This document shows positions 60,407 through 64,000 of a DNA stretch of 64,000 nt, piece after piece. This DNA comes from an uncultured delta proteobacterium. GTDB lineage: Bacteria; Desulfobacterota; Binatia; UBA9968. The stretch covers positions 1 through 64,000 of the forward strand of contig CAWJBB010000024.1 of assembly GCA_963840855.1 (NCBI GenBank). The letters run 5' to 3'. Each line of letters begins with the position of its first letter. Positions within the stretch are counted from its first letter, which is position 1. The notes below the pieces were generated by a model. The model made no database searches and was not told where the DNA came from. It saw nothing but the letters and a program-made list of their open reading frames with translations. A program made the position numbers and the translations under genes.

Positions 60407-61862
60407 ATGAAACGCATCCGTCTAACGGCAGCGTCGCGCGCCGGCGTCGCCGTCCTCGCGCTACTGACAGCGGGTTGCACCGTCGGTCCCGATTATCGGC
60501 GCCCCGACACTCCGGTCCCCGCCATGTGGAGCGAAGCGCGTTATGACGGCATCGACACCCGGCCGGCTGATCTGGCGCGCTGGTGGGAAGAGTTCAACGA
60601 TCCGGTGTTGACGCGGCTGGTCAATCGAGCGGCGGGCGCCAATCTGGATTTGCGCCTGGCGGAATCGCGTATTCGCGAAGCTCGGGCATTGCGGCGAGTC
60701 GCCGAGTCCGGGGCATGGCCGAGCGTCGATGTGAGCGGCTCTTACAGCCGCAGCCGCACCAGCGAGAACGCCATTGCGCCCTCGTCGCAAGGGAGCGGCG
60801 GCTCGCCTTTCTTTCGCGGCAGCAACAATGGACAGGATCTTTTCCGGTCCGGATTCGACTCGAGCTGGGAGATCGATGTCTTCGGCGGCGTGCGGCGCAG
60901 CGTCGAGTCTGCCGACGCCACGGTCGAGGCGACGATAGAGGACCGCCGCGACGTCCTGGTGACGCTGCTCGGCGACATCGCGCGAAACTATATAGACCTG
61001 CGCGGCTTTCAGCGGCGTTTGGCCGTGGCCAGAAGCAATCTCAAGGCGCAACAAGAATCGCTGGAAATCATTCGAGTGCGCTTTCAAGCCGGGCTGGCGA
61101 GCGATCTTCAAGTCGCCCAGGCGGAGGCACAGGTCAACACGACGGCGGCGGAGATTCCCGCGTTAGAAGCTCTAGCGAAACAAGCCGCGCACCGGCTCGA
61201 CGTGCTCCTTGGAATTCAGCCCGGCGCCCTGTGGGCCGAGTTGTCGGCGGAAGCGCCGATTCCCGCGCTTCCTCCCCGAAGCTCGCGTCGGCTTGCCGTC
61301 GGAACTTCTAAGGCGGCGTCCCGATATTCGGCGCGCGGAGCGCCAGCTCGCCGCGGCCAACGCCGAGATCGGCGTTGCGACGGCGGATCTTTACCCGAAG
61401 TTTTCCCTTTCCGGCGTCTTTGGCGTAACCAGCATTTCCGCGAGCGATTGGTTTTCGGCGCCAAGCCGCTTCTGGTCCATTGGCCCGACCATTCGCTGGC
61501 CCGTCTTCGACGCCGGAAGAATCCGCGCCAACATCGAAGTGCGCACGGCGCGGCAAGAGCAGGCCTTGACGCAGTACGAAAAAACCGTGCTTACGGCCTT
61601 CGAAGACGTGGAAAACGCGCTGGTGAGCTACGCCAAGGAACAGACGCGCTATCGGTCTTTGACGGATGCAGTGGTTGCCAACCGCCGTGCCCTGGCCCTG
61701 GCCGACGACCTTTACAAAAACGGGCTGATCGATTTTCTCAACGTGCTGGATTCCCAACGCGCACTTAACGCCGCCGAGAACGATCTCGCCCAGAGCGAGG
61801 CGACGATGTCGACGAATCTCGTCGCGCTATACAAGGCGTTAGGCGGCGGCTGGGAAAACTAA
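60407..61862 (+). CDS. RND outer membrane lipoprotein (NodT/OprM family), frameshift near 61275
   Basis: Lipobox LTAGC-TVGPDY, WW..F.DP.L, WEIDVFG; continues GLPSELLRRRPDIR...LYKALGGGW in the next frame. Confidence 0.93.
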
Positions 61863-62072
61863 ATAATAGCGGCGCTTCGCGCCTGCGTTCCAGTCGTTCA
61901 AAACGTTCAAGCCGTTCAAATCGTTGACGGACCCTACCTCGGAGTCTTTGAGCGGCCAGAAAAATCAAGGTTTCATAAAAAAGTCGAGAGTCCGAGTTCC
62001 GTCATTGCTCGCGGGCGCGGGAATCCAGGACTGTCTTGACACCGTCAATGCGCCGTCTTTAATCTTCCCGAT

Positions 62073-62778
62073 ATGATTCGCTCCGTTATGAGCCCCGAGA
62101 TGGTTATCATTCCCGCGGGAAGCTTTCTGATGGGAAGCGATCAGGGACAGGAAAACGAACAACCCGTGCACCGCGTCTGGATCGATGCTTTCGCCATCGG
62201 CAAATTTCCCGTCACCAACCGGGAATACAAAATATACGTTGAAGGCAAGGCCGCGCCGGCGCCGCCGTTTTGGACCGAGCCGATGTTTGCCCACCCCGAG
62301 AAGCCGGTGGTCGGAGTCACTTGGGATGACGCGACGGCGTACTGCCAGTGGTTGAGCGAACGGCTGGGGCAAGCCTTTCGATTGCCCACGGAGGCGGAAT
62401 GGGAGCGCGCCGCGCGCGGCCGAGCGCGAGGGCGCGCTCTATCCGTGGGGAGACGAGCCGCCGTGGGAAAGACCGTATCCGGGATTTGACGGCGAAACCG
62501 GCGGCCCGCAGCAGGTCGGCGTGGGCGAGCCCAACGGCTTCGGCCTCTACGACATGAGCGAAGGCGTGCACGAGTGGTGCAGCGATTACTTTGATTATCA
62601 CTATTATCGCTATGCGCCGGAGAAAAATCCGCAAGGCCCCGCCAGCGGCCAGCGCCGCGCCTCCCGCGGCGGTTCGTGGCGCCACCGGATCAAATTCAGC
62701 CGCTGCGCCGCGCGCAGCTCCTTGCCGCCCGCTTTCAAGTACGCGGATTATGGGTTTCGGATAGCGCTGACGCTGTAA
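62073..62778 (+). CDS. FGE-sulfatase (SUMF1/EgtB/PvdO) domain protein, frameshift near 62420
   Basis: IPAGSFLMGS, PVTN, RLPTEAEWE, PNGFGLYDM, RGGSW, YGFR; lacks the FGE catalytic Cys pair. Confidence 0.88.
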
Positions 62779-62937
62779 AACGGTTCCAGCCGTTCCAATC
62801 GTTCCAGTAGTTCGAATCGTTTTGATTTTCTCATCTTTCGCGGTGTATAAAGCGCGGTAACTCTACACGCACACTCGCACAGCTCGAACCACATCCGCGT
62901 CTACGAACGGAGCGATGATCTATTAGACCTCAAGGAG

Positions 62938-64000
62938 ATGCGTGCGATGAAGTTGTTCCTCAGCACACTTGCTTATTTCCTGCTTCTCACAATTGCCTTG
63001 CCGATCATGGCTGCAGGCGACTGGCGTGAAGAATGGGAGAAAGTACTCGGCGCGGGCAAACAAGAAGGGAGACTCGTCCTTTACACGTTTCCGGGGCAGG
63101 AGCTTGTGTTCCAAGAATTTCAGAAAAATTTTCCCGACATCAAGCTGGTCGAAGTGACGCGTCCGAGGGTCGGAACGGGTGACAAGAATTGTGTCTGAAC
63201 GGCGGGCAGGCAAATACCTCGCCGACATCCTTATCGGCGGAGTCGGCTCCGCCCAGTCCGGCCTGCTCAAAGCCGGGCTCCTCGACCCCATTAAGCCAGC
63301 GCTGATTCTCCCAGAGGTTTTGGACGAGTCGAAATGGTGGCAGGGTAAGCATGTCTACGGCGACGACGAGGACAAATATATCTTCTCCTTTGCCGGGGCA
63401 CCACTTTATTATTTCCACTACAACACCACGCTGGTAAACCCCCAGGAATTCAAATCCTATTGGGATTTTCTCAACCCTAAGTGGAAGGGGAAAATAGTTG
63501 TCGCTGAGCCTCTAACTGGCGGAACCCAAGAGCCGTTGCAGTTTTTATATCACAATAAGGAACTGGGGCCTGAATTTGTCCGGCGATTTCTGACCGAAAT
63601 GGATCTCGGCGTAAGCCGTGATATGCGACAGCTCTTGGACTGGGTCGCCCAAGGTAAATACGCCATGTCGGCTTTGCAAAACACAGATCGCATAAGATTA
63701 TGGGATGCGAAAAAGCAGGGTTTACCGGTCAACGCGTTCGAAACCGACAAATTCAAGGAAGGCGGCCTGGTCGGCTCGGGCGGCGGCAACATCGCTTTGA
63801 TCAACCGCGCGCCACACCCCAATGCAGCGAAAGTTTTTATCAACTGGTTTCTCTCACGTGAAGGCCAAATCGCCAATCAAAAATTTGTCCAGGGCGGCAG
63901 AAACTCTCTCAGAATCGATATCCCGAAGGAGGATGTGCCGCTCCACGCGCGCATCAAACCGGGCGCCAAGTATACTCTCGTCGATGATATCGGCTACAGC
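62938..64000 (+). CDS. Extracellular solute-binding protein (ABC), frameshift near 63160, runs off the window
   Basis: WEKVLGAGKQEG, ERRAGKYLAD, YNTTLV, LNPKWKGK, APHPNAAKVFINWFLS; AAGGAG RBS. Confidence 0.85.

Noticed and set aside
62073-62778. FGE-type domain as a possible diversity-generating retroelement target
   Set aside because: No template repeat of its 3' end, no reverse transcriptase and no Avd gene in the window.

Overview
This 64-kb window is a GC-rich bacterial chromosomal segment. It is dominated by solute-binding proteins (NMT1/SsuA-type, Fe3+/thiamine-type ABC, four tandem TAXI, TctC) and catabolic enzymes of unknown substrate. That gene complement resembles soil Deltaproteobacteria such as Ca. 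Binatia (inference only). About 13 otherwise normal genes carry single-base frameshifts, most likely long-read consensus error. I found no rRNA, tRNA, CRISPR, prophage or DGR. Strongest leads: (1) a 21.5-36 kb cluster whose enzymes have repeatedly replaced canonical catalytic residues. It has two alpha/beta-hydrolase paralogs with Ala at the nucleophile (GFALG), a ThDP E1 alpha/beta pair without E2/E3 that lacks both lipoyl-transfer histidines, a heme-oxygenase-like diiron enzyme and a core MetE. (2) A TctC-PrpD-2x decarboxylase-like-TctA-TctB operon headed by a ~60-nt remnant of a Rieske (phthalate 4,5-dioxygenase-type) gene. (3) An IS256 relic increasingly substituted toward A. (4) Several families of periodic 6-9-nt intergenic repeats and MITE-like elements. 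All alignments were done by eye.
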